In this document: piece after piece, positions 12,689-25,528 of the stretch
How positions within the stretch are numbered: position 1 is the stretch's first letter
Layout of the letters: each line of letters begins with the position of its first letter
Assembly: GCA_047495785.1 (NCBI GenBank)
Contig: JBLDXI010000078.1
Location: 27,985 to 91,984, forward strand
Length of the DNA stretch: 64,000 nucleotides
Source: Lepidodermella squamata
Taxonomy: Eukaryota; Animalia; Gastrotricha
Direction: 5' to 3'
Translations under genes and position numbers: made by a program
The notes under the pieces: model-generated
What the model saw: only the letters and a program-made list of their open reading frames with translations
Databases searched by the model: none
What the model was told of the DNA's origin: nothing

Positions 12689-14632
12689 ATGCCGAATTTA
12701 AACGCGACGGCTTCAATGAAGAATTTCACGCCTCGAAATGCGGCCATGGCGCCTATTCCGACTAAAACTTCGTTTGGAACTTCGAGTGGCAAAGCTACCC
12801 CACGCGAGCCAGGCAAAAATCCGAACGATTACATCGAAGAAGGTAGGAAAAATTATGGAAAAAATTCACGCATCTTTTAATGATTGAAATTTGATAATCT
12901 TTGAAAAATTTTATGATCCCAGGAAGCTATCGAATTGAAAAAGGAAATTTCTCATGCTAAGCTTTTGCCAGAATTCTCAAAACTTCAGGAATCAGAGCTT
13001 TCAAAAATGTATTGCTAAATTTTGAAAAACAATTGAAAACTTTGGCAATGCAATAAGGTCCAAAGAGGCTTGATCGAAGCTTATAAAAAAGTAAAGAAAA
13101 AGCATGATTGATCGGAACAATCGTAGATTCAAGCTAAGAAGATTTATTTCGATTATTCATCATTTTCATTCCCGAGAATTTGATTAGATTCCAAAGTTTC
13201 AATTTTCCAAGCGATTGAATTAGGTAAATTAGTTGAAAAATTTTTTAGAATCGGAATTTAAAAATTGAAAATTTCTTAATTGTTTCTCAATTTTTAGCAT
13301 TTTCACCAAAATTTAAATAATTTCGAAATTTCTCGTATTTTCAATTTTCAGATTTTTTGAATGGCAATTCGAACTTGAAATTGGGTTAAAAATTACGTGG
13401 ATTATTTAATTGAATTATTCTCCATTCAAACTTTGTCAATAATTTATGAATTTTCAACTCAGAAAAATGGTTATTCGAAATAATTTTTCTGTCATTTTTC
13501 CACATTTTTCCACAGCCAAACAAGTCGTAGCTCTGCTGTACAGCGCTTCTCGAGGCGACGTAGCTGCTATGCGTGAATTTCGCAAGAAAGGCTACGACAT
13601 GGCTAAGGCGGACTACGACGGGCGCAGTTCGCTGCACCTGGCCGCAGCCGAGGGCCACCTGAATGTCATTCAGTACCTGGTTGAAGAGTGCGGCCTCAAT
13701 GCGTTCCCACGTGATCGGTGGAACTTCACGCCGTTGGACGATGCGACGAAGTTCGACCGGGCTGATGTGATCACTTACTTGAAGGACAAGGCTAGCAACT
13801 ACGGCACGGCTCAGGTCACGGAAGGTGAGTAATACAAAATTTCAACTATAGCATATTAGAAATAGGATTGTCGAATAAATTATTAGACATTTTTTTCTTG
13901 ATTTTCAGGAATTAAAAAAATCAATTTTCGAAAATTTTCAGATATTTTTTACAACTTCACAAATATACATTTCAAGTATAAGTTTAAGTATAAGTTTAAT
14001 TTAAATTTTTTAAATGTTTGATTCCAAGTAAAAAAGGACATTGAAAGTATTCTGAAAAAATTTCACAAAAATCTCTAATTTTTCCAAAAAGTTGTATTCC
14101 GCCAAATCTAGATAATTCTATATCGAAATTCTAGAATAGAACATAAATGCATGCATTAATTCCCTAAATTTTCGAATTTTTTCTCGAATTTTCGATTTTT
14201 TTAATTTCAAATTTCAGTGATTTTTGAAAAATTTCAGTTTCCCGTCTTTTCCCGACTTCCTGTAAAAAAAATGTTTCTTTATTCTCAGCAATGTTAGTTC
14301 AGGTTGATTTTGAAATGGCCTCTTTTTCAGAAATGCAAGTGGTTGCATTGCTGTTCGCAGCCTCACGCGGCGACACAGCCGCAGTTCGCCACTTCAAGAC
14401 CATCGGCTACGACCTGAACAAGGCCGACTACGACGGGCGGACCGCCCTTCACCTGGCAGCAGCCGAGGGCCATCTCGAGACCGTGCGCTACCTGTTCGAG
14501 GACGGCCGCGTTAACCTGGCAGCCCGAGACCGTTGGAACTTCACCGCCTTCGACGATGCGATGAAGTTCAACCGCAAGGACGTAGCGGCTTACTTGCAGT
14601 CGAAATCAATCGAAGGCTACAAGCGAATTTAA
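12689..14632 (+). CDS. Roughly 254-aa protein with two tandem glutaminase-type C-terminal ankyrin modules and no catalytic domain; exons 12689-12842, 13516-13824, 14331-14632
   Basis: Each module reads VVALL(Y/F)xASRGD..ADYDGR..LHLAAAEGHL..RDRWNFT..DDA, like the GLS (KGA) ANK region; two phase-1 GT-AG introns keep the frame. Confidence 0.8.
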
Positions 14633-14789
14633 CGCTATTCAAATCGGAAATTCATCGAAAATAATGGTTATGAGCTAATTCTCAACCCCGATGTTTCGTA
14701 GACTCAATAAAAACAAGTTTATCAACTTTTATGGGCAAACAATCGTCAGTGACCCGGGAGCTTGGGTGTTTATTACTTTCTTCCCAGGA

Positions 14790-14932
14790 CCCAGCCGAAG
14801 AAGCCACAGGGTACCCCTGTGATTTTTTTCAGCCTCTATCTGGTTAGAGGTTAGAGTCCTTAGAGTTAGAGTTAGAGTTCGAGTTAGGGGCTGGGGTGTC
14901 GCGACACCCCATCACCCCTATGCTTCGCACCC
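14790..14932. mobile_element. Degenerate copy of the 160-bp hAT MITE carrying a TTAGAG/TTAGGG run
   Basis: GGGGTGTCGCGACACCCC palindrome and CTTCGCACCC end; (TTAGAG)n at about 14843-14889. Confidence 0.6.
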
Positions 14933-15075
14933 CGCTCATTGTACCAAACCATTCCCAAACCCAAAATATTTTTGCAAAACAAAAGGAACAAAAGGAACAT
15001 GAGGGGGTAGCGGGGTACGGGGGTACATCGAAAGGGTCCTAAAAAACACGGAAAACCACAGAGAGGACCGATTGG

Positions 15076-15235
15076 CAGTGTGCGAAGTAGGATCCGGGTG
15101 TTTTTTAGCACCCAGATGAAGAAAGGATGAAGAAACCAAAGGGCCCCCTCCGTATGGTTTTTTCAGCCTAACTCTGGTTGAAGTCCCGGAGCTGGGGTGT
15201 CGCGACATCCCATCACCCCTGTATCTCGCACCCTG
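15076..15235. mobile_element. 160-bp hAT-type MITE with a perfect 8-bp TSD
   Basis: TIR CAGTGTGCGA / TCGCACCCTG; TSD CCGATTGG at 15068-15075 and 15236-15243. Confidence 0.9.
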
Positions 15236-15785
15236 CCGATTGGTTAGATGAATCAGATGCCGAAGATACCCAAAAGTAGCCCCTCCCTCGAGGATCCTAC
15301 CTCATCGACCGGTTGATTACAGCTGATAATTATCACCATATTCACACGATAATTGTGAGAAGGAACGTGGCCAGGGGGAGAAAATGAACAAGCAAAAAAC
15401 ACTTGCCCCAATATTTTCGGGTTTCATGCATAAACACGATACGCCAAAAAGTTGTAGGCACACTAAAGCGGCTGATTCAACAAGCTCAGTGTAATGCCTC
15501 TGCGCATTTTGAATTTCTTAACAAAGGCTTCGTGCTATCATGCAGCGAGGGATCTCTTCGGGTGACCATTTTCATTAGCGCTACGATGGCAATTGTTTTC
15601 ATGATTCATTTCGCCTGGCAGCTGAATGCATCGAAAAGTTGGCAGGGTGAATATTTCATCCCGCGATGCAAAAAACATGGGACAAGTGCTCCTCGAGTTT
15701 CTCGCTCTCACTCACTTCATTCATCGCCATTTCATCTTTCAACTCAACTAACATTTTCAATTTCTTGATCAACTTTTGAATTACC

Positions 15786-16044
15786 ATGGCAAATCAGCTT
15801 TTCATAATAGTTTGCGCTCTGTTGGTAAGATATTTTCAAGTACTTCCATCGTGATGATCCTATTCAAGTGCTATGTGTATCACAGGTTGCTGCTGTTCTG
15901 ATTGCTGTTGTGGAATCTGTGGAATCACCCACGCTGTCGCTGGAAGAGCGTCTAGCAAAGGCAGGCACGAGGTGCCAGGAGGATGGCAAGAAGGGCCACT
16001 GGACGATGGTCAGTTCGTTTCAATTGATGTGCATTTCCGGATAG
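15786..16044 (+). CDS. Small secreted peptide precursor (65 aa); exons 15786-15824, 15886-16044
   Basis: ACCATGG start; GTAAGA..CACAG phase-0 intron; spliced product MANQLFIIVCALLVAAVLIAVVESVESPTLSLEERLAKAGTRCQEDGKKGHWTMVSSFQLMCISG*. Confidence 0.65.
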
Positions 16045-17060
16045 TGAACTCATCAAATGGAAACGCGAATTCAGTAACGTTAAACTGAATATAGAAGATG
16101 AGAGATCGGTTGAAGAGCAGCATGTCACAGCCTTATCATACCAGAAGCTTCCATATTCATGTATCAGCCTTTAAGAATTTCATCCCATTATATTGACGAG
16201 TAAAAGGTTGTGGAAAAAGTATTCCATGTATTTGTCGAAAATCTGAATTTGTGCCTTATCCGTGATCACCGCTAGGGATTAGGGATGATGACCAAAGGGA
16301 GGACCCATTTGCCGATTTGTCAAGTCCCTACCCATTCTGCGGTTCTACTTCGATCTCTGCGAGTTCATTTCTAATCGAGCAAGTAGATTTCTCCCAGCAT
16401 TTTGTTTAATTACCCGTAACATATTCAGGGAATTTACAGATGACTACATTTGCGCAAAAATTTAAGAATAGTAGCATGGCAAATGGCACACATAACCTTC
16501 AAGCGTTTGAAGGTTCGTGAACCTAAGCCTGTTACCCGATGCGTCTTTGACATCTTCCATCAACTTGAAGCTTGGCAAGTGAGTCATCAGTCAATACCTT
16601 TGACCTGAAAATACTGCGATTCGACGTGCGATCCTTCTGATTCATGTTTTCGTTTATTCTTTCCGAAATTTCGGGAAAATTCTGGTTTCGGCAGCGCGAG
16701 AAAGATTTTCCCATTTAAACGGCAGGAGTTTTCGGGTGATGAAGTCTTGAACTAGCTCTAATCGTTGCATTTCAAGATAGGCTTCAGAAGTGGACAACCG
16801 GAAATTTCATTCAATCCGTACTTACAGGCCTTTACTTGCAGTCAGAATCAATCAAAGGTTACAAGCGAGTTTACCTAGCATTTATTTCCAAACGAAGAAA
16901 CGATTCGGACGATGTTTATCTATTTTCGTGTAGATGAAATAAGTTTAACCCGAAAATTCAGTAAAGCGAATTTACATCATAACGAACCTATAAAAAGGTT
17001 CACAAGAGAGTGATTCGGCAGCTTGAAGTATAAGTCATCAGATTTGTTGTCACGTCAGGT

Positions 17061-20000
17061 TCAGGGTTGAATGTATCCTTTAATCCAATCCAAGACTCGG
17101 CAAACCCTGGAATATATTCCAGGCGAATTGGCCACGCCGCAAGAGTTGCCATAGGAAACAATTCCAATCTGGCGATAAGGCCCATTTCCGTCTCGCCTGC
17201 ACATCAAAGGCCCGCCAGAATCGCCAAGGCACGTATCGACGCCCTTAACCTCCGCTCCGGCACACATTTGGGCATCTGTTATCCTGTCGTAGCCTCCTAA
17301 AACTTCGCAGGACGCCGCCGAGGAAATGGTCAAATTGACTTTTTTCAGAGTATTAGACATACGCTCGCCCCGTTCCGTCATACCCCAACCAGCGGCTGAA
17401 ACTTGAACACAACTGTCGACGCGTTGGTTATCCCTCGAGTACGTTCCGTCGCACATTGACGAGTCGGGCAGGCATATCAAGCGAGCGGAACTTGTCAAGA
17501 CGACCGGTGACTCTAGCTTAATCAGGGCGACATCGAAGTTGTAGTTGTCCGATTTGCTGTAGTTAGGATGGATGACGAAGCTTCTCGATAGACGGCGAAC
17601 ATATTGGCTTGTTTCACTTTCACTAGAAAAATTAGTCCGGCCAATCTCCGCTATTATCCCTACCAAGCCATTCCTGTTAACGGTCAAGCAATGGGCTGCA
17701 GTTAGGAGCCATGACGGAGAGATGAGAGAAGCGCCGCAGTACATGGGCTCGCTTTGTCCGGAATACGTGATTTCGAGTCTAGTCATCCACGGGAGTTCGC
17801 CAGGTTCAGCGAAAGCTCCGCCCATTATTTTTGGCGTCGCCCCGATTCCACAAGCGCTGTAGTCGACTTCAATTCACAATGTAATAAAGCGCGTTCCATA
17901 AGTTGCGCAACCATTTGTCATTTCGAAACGTTTCGAAGGAAATTGATCTAATTTTTCAAATTATCGAGGAAAACCTGAAAATCCCAGATAGTAACTGGTT
18001 CGATAATTTTCGGTTTTTACCTGATTGGATCAAATCTCTTAGAATTTTTTCAATCCAATTTTCATGATTGCTATTCTCATGGCATTTCGAATTGCGGTCA
18101 GATATTTCTGGCTATAGACTAGATTAAAACGTTCCATATCATTTCAGAGTTTCTGTTTCCTTTTCCGTTCATTTCCTTCTCTTGCGTTACTTATGGAACT
18201 CGCCCTAGAACATGAAATGTCAGGTTCTCACCTTGTGCTCTTCCGCATCTCGGCAGCTCGTTGCTCCATTCACCATCCGCCTGACAAGTTGTTTCTGGGC
18301 TAGACTGCCGGGTGAAGGCATAGCCTGCCAGGCATTCAATCACGATAACGCTACCAGTGGGGAGAGAAGTATCTGCTTGGACAATTCGTCCACTTGCTTT
18401 CAGCTTCAATAAAGAATTCGGTCTGCTGGGGACTGTGCAAGGCTCGCCGGTTGCCTAGTAGCCGTAAACAAATAGGCGTTTTAAAACAAAGGACAATAGC
18501 TGTTAGCAGAAATTTATTTCGCAATTCTGCTTCATTCTGCTTCATTCCAATTATATATTAAATATACCCGCAACGTGGTATGGGGAAATTCTTGAAAAAA
18601 ACGATGAAACAGCGCAAAACGCTACACTGTTACACCCAAGCGTAAAATATCGCGCAAGCATTAACGTAACTATTTTGTTGTTTGCGTGCTGCCGAAACGC
18701 TATCGAAGGACGAACCTAACCTCTAACCCTATCCTAAAATACATTTACGGGTAGATAGCAGACACCCCGAAACGTCTTGAATATAAAGAAATACCAGAAA
18801 TATTTGGTCCAACCGAGCAAAATACGGAAAATTAACGAATAAGGTACAGGAGTTTCCCAAGTAAATTTATAATTTATTCGTTGAAATCGCAGTTTAAGCT
18901 CATAGCGAGCGAGGTTTTGCTGATGATGGAAAATAGAATTCATGAATTTTCTTTATGCCGGACCTGATTTGTTATATTCATGTTGATATCAATTTATGTT
19001 GGAACTTACAGGTGCTTGCTGCCGTAAGACGCAAGACCCAGGCTGAGACCATGTCAAGTTCGAGAGGCACGTTATCACCGCATTGCCATGCAGCTGGAAA
19101 TTTCTATCGCATGATATGTTTCGCGTAGCTCCGACGTTGGAGAGCCCAGAAGATACGGTGCCGTTTCGTATCGTAGGTGGTTGACCGCAAACTTATAGAA
19201 AATTAATTCCTCAAGCGATCAACGCGAAATAAAAAATAAGGTTAGGGATTAGAGATAGGTCGTTTTACGTGGACCATAGTGGAAAGTGGATGAAATTGAC
19301 CTATGATTTCCGAACTCAAGAGCTGAGTCAACTGGGATTTTTTGATGATTAAAACTGGTAAAGTCGAATTGCGATTAAAATGAGTCGTAAATATGTTCAG
19401 ATCGTTAGAGTTTAGTTCAAAAAAGAAATGCGCGCATTATTAACTTACTCATAGGGCTACTACATCTTCCATTAATCGCCGGGCGAAAAGGAGGTAAGCA
19501 GGTGGCGAAATTGATAGAGGCGGAGTAGTTATAACCTGCGTTGCATTTGACGATAACGGCGTCTCCTTTCTCCACTGCAGTACTTGGGCTTAAAACTTCA
19601 CCGGTATCAACCAATGTATCCGGGTCCGCTCGGCTGACGTAGCCTGATCGAACGGCAGGTACGTAACATGACTGCTCAGGAGTATCCCTCGGTCGTGGTA
19701 CATCAGTGTTCTCAGTGATCCAATCAAGTACCTTGCATGCTCTGCTGTAGATGCTAGGAACGTCGCCGTTGCACGAATCATCGCCGTTTGAAATTACGCC
19801 AAGCAGATAATTCTTCCGTGAAATCGAACACATGAGCGGACCCCCAGAATCTCCAAAACACAAGTCGCTGTTATCTGTTGCGGATAAACACATCTTCGAG
19901 TCAGTGATGGTGACTGATTTCGAGAGGCTGCGTGAATACTCCATCGAACAATTTTGATATGACCGAACCTGAAGATCTAGCTTCCTCGGGATCTCAGATA

Positions 20001-20783
20001 ATCTAGCTGAGATACAAAATTGACATAAAATGTTTCGCTGTTGGTATTATTTTAATACTGCGAGCGAAATAGCCCCAGCCGGCTGTAACCCCCGAGTCGC
20101 ATCCGTCGATTAAATTCGCAGTTATCGCGTTGTTGCGGCACATTTTGTTCACATCTGGCAAACAAATTGGTTTGATTTCCTCAGAAAATCTTGGTACAGG
20201 GCTTATCAGTCGCAACAGAGCAAAATCATGGTCAAAGAAATTCTGACTCCCGTTGTATCTCGGATGAACAAGTGGTGGGAGAGACGCCGGAGATGCGTAG
20301 GAATTCTCCTCATACCGAACACTGATGTTGTAGCGACCAAGTAAAGCTTTGATGCTGTTTATCAAAAGTTTAAAACGTGCAGGATCAAACATGGAAAATA
20401 ACTGAAAACTACAAAATTGGAGTCGTTCCGTTATTCCGAACGCAATGAGCTGCTGTAATCAGCCATTGCTTCGAGATGAGAGAAGCTCCACAGTAGCTAG
20501 GCGATGATTCGGCACTCCAATATATCTCCAGGAAGACCTTTAACAAAAGTATCCTTTTTTGAGCATATCAGACAAATACAAATATGCGAACCAGCCAAGG
20601 ATACTCATTTGGTTCTACTGGATGGCTAGCTGGGCCTCTTGATTTCGGCCTAAGAAAAGGTTTACCAACACCACACTCGAGATCTTCAGCTACCTCCCCG
20701 GAAATGACTCCAACAAAAGCGATGGCTACGATCATAGAGAACGCAGTGATCACTACGTTCTCTATGGCTACGATAAGGCGCAT
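17061..20783 (-). CDS. Polyprotease: signal - trypsin domain 1 - 3 Sushi/CCP-like modules - trypsin domain 2 (about 793 aa); exons 20783-20592, 20537-20413, 20354-20059, 20006-19449, 19191-19010, 18454-18232, 17866-17061
   Basis: Two complete triads (TAAHC; DHDFALL and NFDVALI; GDSGGP twice); CCP signatures (CGQPPTIRNG..C..C..W..C); all six junctions are phase-compatible. Confidence 0.8.
17885..18206. mobile_element. Tc1/mariner-like MITE in the last intron of the protease gene; related ends at about 44230-44245 and 50600-50628
   Basis: Imperfect TIR GCGCGTTCCATAAGTTGCGCAA / TTGCGTTACTTATGGAACTCGC, with TA flanks. Confidence 0.55.
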
Positions 20784-22369
20784 TGTAAAATTCGCCGTGC
20801 TACAGCGTGCAACAAAAATTAGATGATGTAAATAAGATAATACATAAGAGAAAAATAAGATCTGCTGTGAATTTCGTGTACACCATGCGTAAAATCTCCA
20901 ACTTGTAATATTTTCTCATGTTTTCATTCACGTTTTCATTACTTGTACAATACACAGATGCAACGTGTGTGTAGAATCTTTTACAATGCTGAGTTGATGG
21001 GTTGTTGTGTGGGCGACATTCAAAGGCAGTTCGAAACATCCGGAATAATGAAAATGAATATAAACTTCCAAGTTCTAATAAGTTCTGGCTTTTGAGGTTC
21101 GAATAAGTTCTATTATTTTACTATTACTATACTACTATTACCACAAATGCAAAGGCTCGGGAGACACGCGTTTGCATTTACGGAGGGTTGCATTTATAGA
21201 GGGCTGATAAAGAGCTAGCAATGAATCATAAGTGCGTCGCTAAGTTTTTTCTTAGTTGCTAAGGCGACGATGATTTTAGTGGTTAGCCATAGTTTAAAAT
21301 ATGCCGGGACAAATTAAGTAAACCTGCAATGATTTTAATGGGTTGTAGTATTTGTAAATGCAAAAAACTCGAATAATCGCGTGCGCACGAAGTAATTCGC
21401 AATCTCTTAAATAAAAACAACAGTCTGTAAAGATCGAGAGGTTTGGTGTTGGGTGAGATAACACCGCGCGACCGTCGAGTTGAAAAGCTAGAAATCCGCC
21501 CGCAGAGTTGAAATTTGTTGCTAACGCCGCCTGCTTTTTCACCTTAATTAAAAATTATCAAACTGAAAGTTTAATTTTAATGAAAAATAATGTTTAAACA
21601 AATAAAAGGAACTAAATCGCTGGCAAATACTGAGGTTTTCCATTAAAAGAGGTTGCATTCATGGAAGGCGCACTGTATTCAACGAATCTTACCAAATCTA
21701 TGACTTGAGCTGTCACAGCAAGAACTTGGGTAATCTTGAGCGCGCACGGGCACGCTTCGGATTTGAGCCTCAATATTAACACATTCGCTGCCATAGACAT
21801 ACTATGCGGTGAAAACCCAACCTCGTAAACGTTGACCATCCGTTTCAGCCTCATAGAGTTGAAATCAGCGTATTCAAGCGCATCAAAAATCCTCAGAATA
21901 ACACCACAGTCTTGCGGATTGGCACCTTTTCTGTAGCAAAATTACATTCAACTCTTCAGCGATGGCATTCAAGCGAGTTAGATCCGGGGGAGGGCGAAAT
22001 TTCCTGTTTTTCGCGCCCACGGAGGTGCACTTTCGAGTCACAATTTTAGGTTTATATTCCAGTGATACTTGCTCTAATGCCCATTCTTCATGTTTAGCCG
22101 TTGAGCTTTACAATAAATGCAGATGAATCTTCATATAAAGCCTTTGAAAAATAAAAAAGTAAAAAAATGTATATAACAAATTATCCTCAAATTGTCTTTT
22201 GAATCTGATTGACGCTGATTCTTGATGCTTTCAACTGAGCGGCCGCTCCTTTCTCGGATGTCAAGCCTCGCCCTGCAATTTGACTAACATTCGAGGCAAG
22301 GAAGATCGAAAAATCTCTTTTTTTGAAGTATTATGATTGTTTTCAAATTTTCAAGCCGACAGCCTGGTC

Positions 22370-22500
22370 ACTTACATCGACAAAGCCCTCAGCTTAATGT
22401 CATTAGATTTTTCCTTTCAACTTACCGCCTAAATTACAGCCAGCAGTGACTTGCTCTTCATCGAATGGATCGGTCTGCTGTAATATCTGGCCTCCACCCT
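22370..22500 (+). pseudogene. Decayed two-exon fragment of the Cys-rich module family (exons 8-9)
   Basis: ACTTACATCGACAAAGC and CAG|CCAGCAGTGACTTGCTCTTCATCGAATGG.. match exons at 31834-32008. Confidence 0.65.
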
Positions 22501-25500
22501 TCCCCAATGATGCATCGGCAACAATGCCGAAAATGGAGCTCGAAGTGGCAAGTGGCAAGGAACCGATCCTTCTCAACATGGAGAGGCATGTCGCAATCGC
22601 CCGGCCGAATGCAAGACGAGCTGTAAGATAGGCAGCTCGTCTGAAAAAAAACTTCTGAAGTTTGAGCAAAATAGTTTACTGATATGACCGAATCTTGCCA
22701 ATACTTAAGGATTGAAAGTTTCCCATTTCAATCGATGCGCATGACTCCGCCTTCTCGCTGGCGCTTGCTAACCAGCTGTGCTGTCCAACGTCGCTCTCTG
22801 GGCCAATGAGAACCCGCGCCCAACGGTAACGCAGGCGGACATGAAAATTTGCGTTGCCCTTGTTTCATTGGTACAACAAATTGATATTCAAATTGTCATT
22901 GAATTGCGTTTCAAGCAAGTTGGGTGTTAATTTCCTGTTTTTTTGCGCCCCCGTGCTATTAGCCAAGGAAATGCACTTTCCAGTCACAATTTCAGGTTCA
23001 TTTCTAATTTTGGAGACAGACTTGTCATAAAACTTGACGAGGCGAGGAATAGCCCGTACCGTCCTGTTATCACGCGCCCTCGTGCAATTAGCCCGCTTTT
23101 CGGGTGACGGTTTTTCGCGGATTTCCTCATCGCGGATGGAAAAAAGAAAGCTGCAACCCCCAGTGATTGATTTCATATTTCGCCTGCTGCTCATTTTCGC
23201 TGGAATTCGCTTCCAAGAATGTTAACCCTGAACCTTATTTTATGGCTAACGATGCAATCGATTCTTTTCGCAGGAGCCCAAAATTCGAAAATGGAGGTTA
23301 TTCCTATAACCACACCGATGCCCTCAACAATGAGTGTAGTTACCTGGCGAAACGAAAGCGTCAACGTCACATCGACAAGGCCGAAAGTTTTAAGGGTGCT
23401 CACGTCGCTAATGTATTCAGGCGGCAATCCTCTTGGTCCGATCGGCGTTCTAGCTCAAAGGCTTGCTGTCGAGAAGTTAGCTAGTATGCCAAACTGGCTG
23501 CCAGGGTACGACTTACAATTCGACTTGATCGACGACCGATGCGAAGACACAGCATCGATTGTTGAGCTTACGAGAAAGATGAGAGATTACAGCGATGGCG
23601 ATTACGAATCCGTTCTACCCCTTGTAGTCATGATGGAATCAGCCCAAGAAGGTCAAATGAAGATGGTCAACATTTTGCGAGGTTACAATATGATGGGAAT
23701 GAACATTTATCCCATGCCTCAAATTTTCGATAAGAAGCATCGCTACCCCAACTATTTGCCGTTTGGCGAGAGGCAGGACTACTTTGTACCAGCCGGGGTC
23801 GAGTTCATCGATAAGATGGGTTGGAAACGGGTCGCAGTTTTGGCAGACACCAACACATTTACTAACATGGTAAGGGGAATTTTTTTGTCATAATGCTCAC
23901 TGAACCTTTTTCCCAGATGGATCCTATAATGGTTCGGGAATTCGAGGCTCGAAACATCTCCCTGGTTTATATGGACAAGTTCGGAGAGGAAGCAGATGAC
24001 GAAGTCGAAATGAATTCGGTATTTACGGCTTTGAAGAAGAAAAAGCCGAGAATCATCATGCTGGGGTTAGTTCGTAGTGCGCTGCCCATCGCTTGTTACC
24101 TTCACAAGTATGATATGTACAGCCCCGCTTACGTTGTTTTCTCATATGGCTGGACCTACTTCGATGAGAATAATGATATCCCTGACTCATTGTCTTCATG
24201 GTGTACCAAGGAAATGATCCTGACAGTCCTGCCTAGGTTCATTTTCTTTTCAGATGGGTTCATGGCTGACATTTTCGGCGATGATTTCAAGGAATCGCTC
24301 GGGGAAACTAAGGATTCGTTCCTCAACTATGTCCGCCAGGGCGTGAATGATACCTCTACGGCTATTGGCTACGAATACTTCGCGCCTGTAATCTACGACC
24401 GTATTGTCATAGCTGGCCATTTGCTCAATGAAACTGAAAATTACTTGAATTCACTCAATTCGACTTTGGCAGACTGGACGCTCGATTCCACAGATTACAA
24501 TCAAAACAAAAATTTCATGATTGATCTTTTTCGGAAGATGTCTGGAAAACTGTCTCTGAAAGGCATCAAAGGCGAATGGAGCTACGATCCGAAAATTGAT
24601 CTCCCTACAGGTTACATGCCAATCATTTTTACTCAGGCGGTAGTCGAAAAAGGTCGCAGTAGGTCTGTAAATGTTGGCCACTACATTTCGAAAAGAGCCA
24701 GTGGCAAAATGACAATTTACGATGGGAAAATCAATTGGTACACTGATGATGGGTCCCCACCCAAGGATCGGCTAATAGTTCTGATTCTTAACATGCCTAT
24801 GGTTACGTTAACAGCTAACATCAGTCTGCTTACAATTGGGGCAGCCTTTTCTATGTTGTTGATCTCGCAACTGGTTTTTGCCCTGGCTAGATCGAAGTAT
24901 GGAGTTTTTATAGAGGCAGTCTTCTTAAAAGGGAGTTTGATCGCAGTTGCCCACGTTTTCGCAATACCTATAGGATTTCTCCAGAATCCTTGCCCGAATA
25001 TCACTGCAATGATTCTTCTTATCGCTCTTGGGTCTAATGGTGCTTTCACAAATGCGTCGGACGGCGAAAACTTCGGTTAGCAACTCGCAAACTTCGGAAA
25101 AGTGAAGCGAAACGTCGGACGGTGTTATCAGTGGCAATTCGGACGCGCGCGCGCAGCGAGACGTCCGACGTTCTATTGTTCTTCTCCCGAAGTTAGCGCG
25201 CATACCTCTCAACGAGCGCACGCACTTTTATATAGCGGAAAACGGCCGGGTACAGCAACTTTTTTTTCATTTCGGTCCCAATTAAAAAAATGTTTTCAAA
25301 TAAAGGTAGATGACGTAAAAAGCAACACGAGCATATATAATTTTACTATTATCGCATTTATCAAGCCAAACATGTTGTTCTATAGTAAAAATGAAAGCAA
25401 ATCAAGTCGAAGCACAGTATAAGGATGCAAAATGCGAAAATCAGAAATGAGAAAATGAATTTACATTCATGAGATGTTAATCATTTTAGTGCGAATATTA

Positions 25501-25528
25501 AAAATCGACAGAAACCGACTGCTGAAAT

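Noticed and set aside
16480-16620. Minus-strand HLPSFKLMEDVKD, faintly serpin-like
   Set aside because: Too short, and no other serpin exons found
22520-22632. ACRNRPAECKTSCKI, faintly ShK-like
   Set aside because: Only three Cys and no gene context
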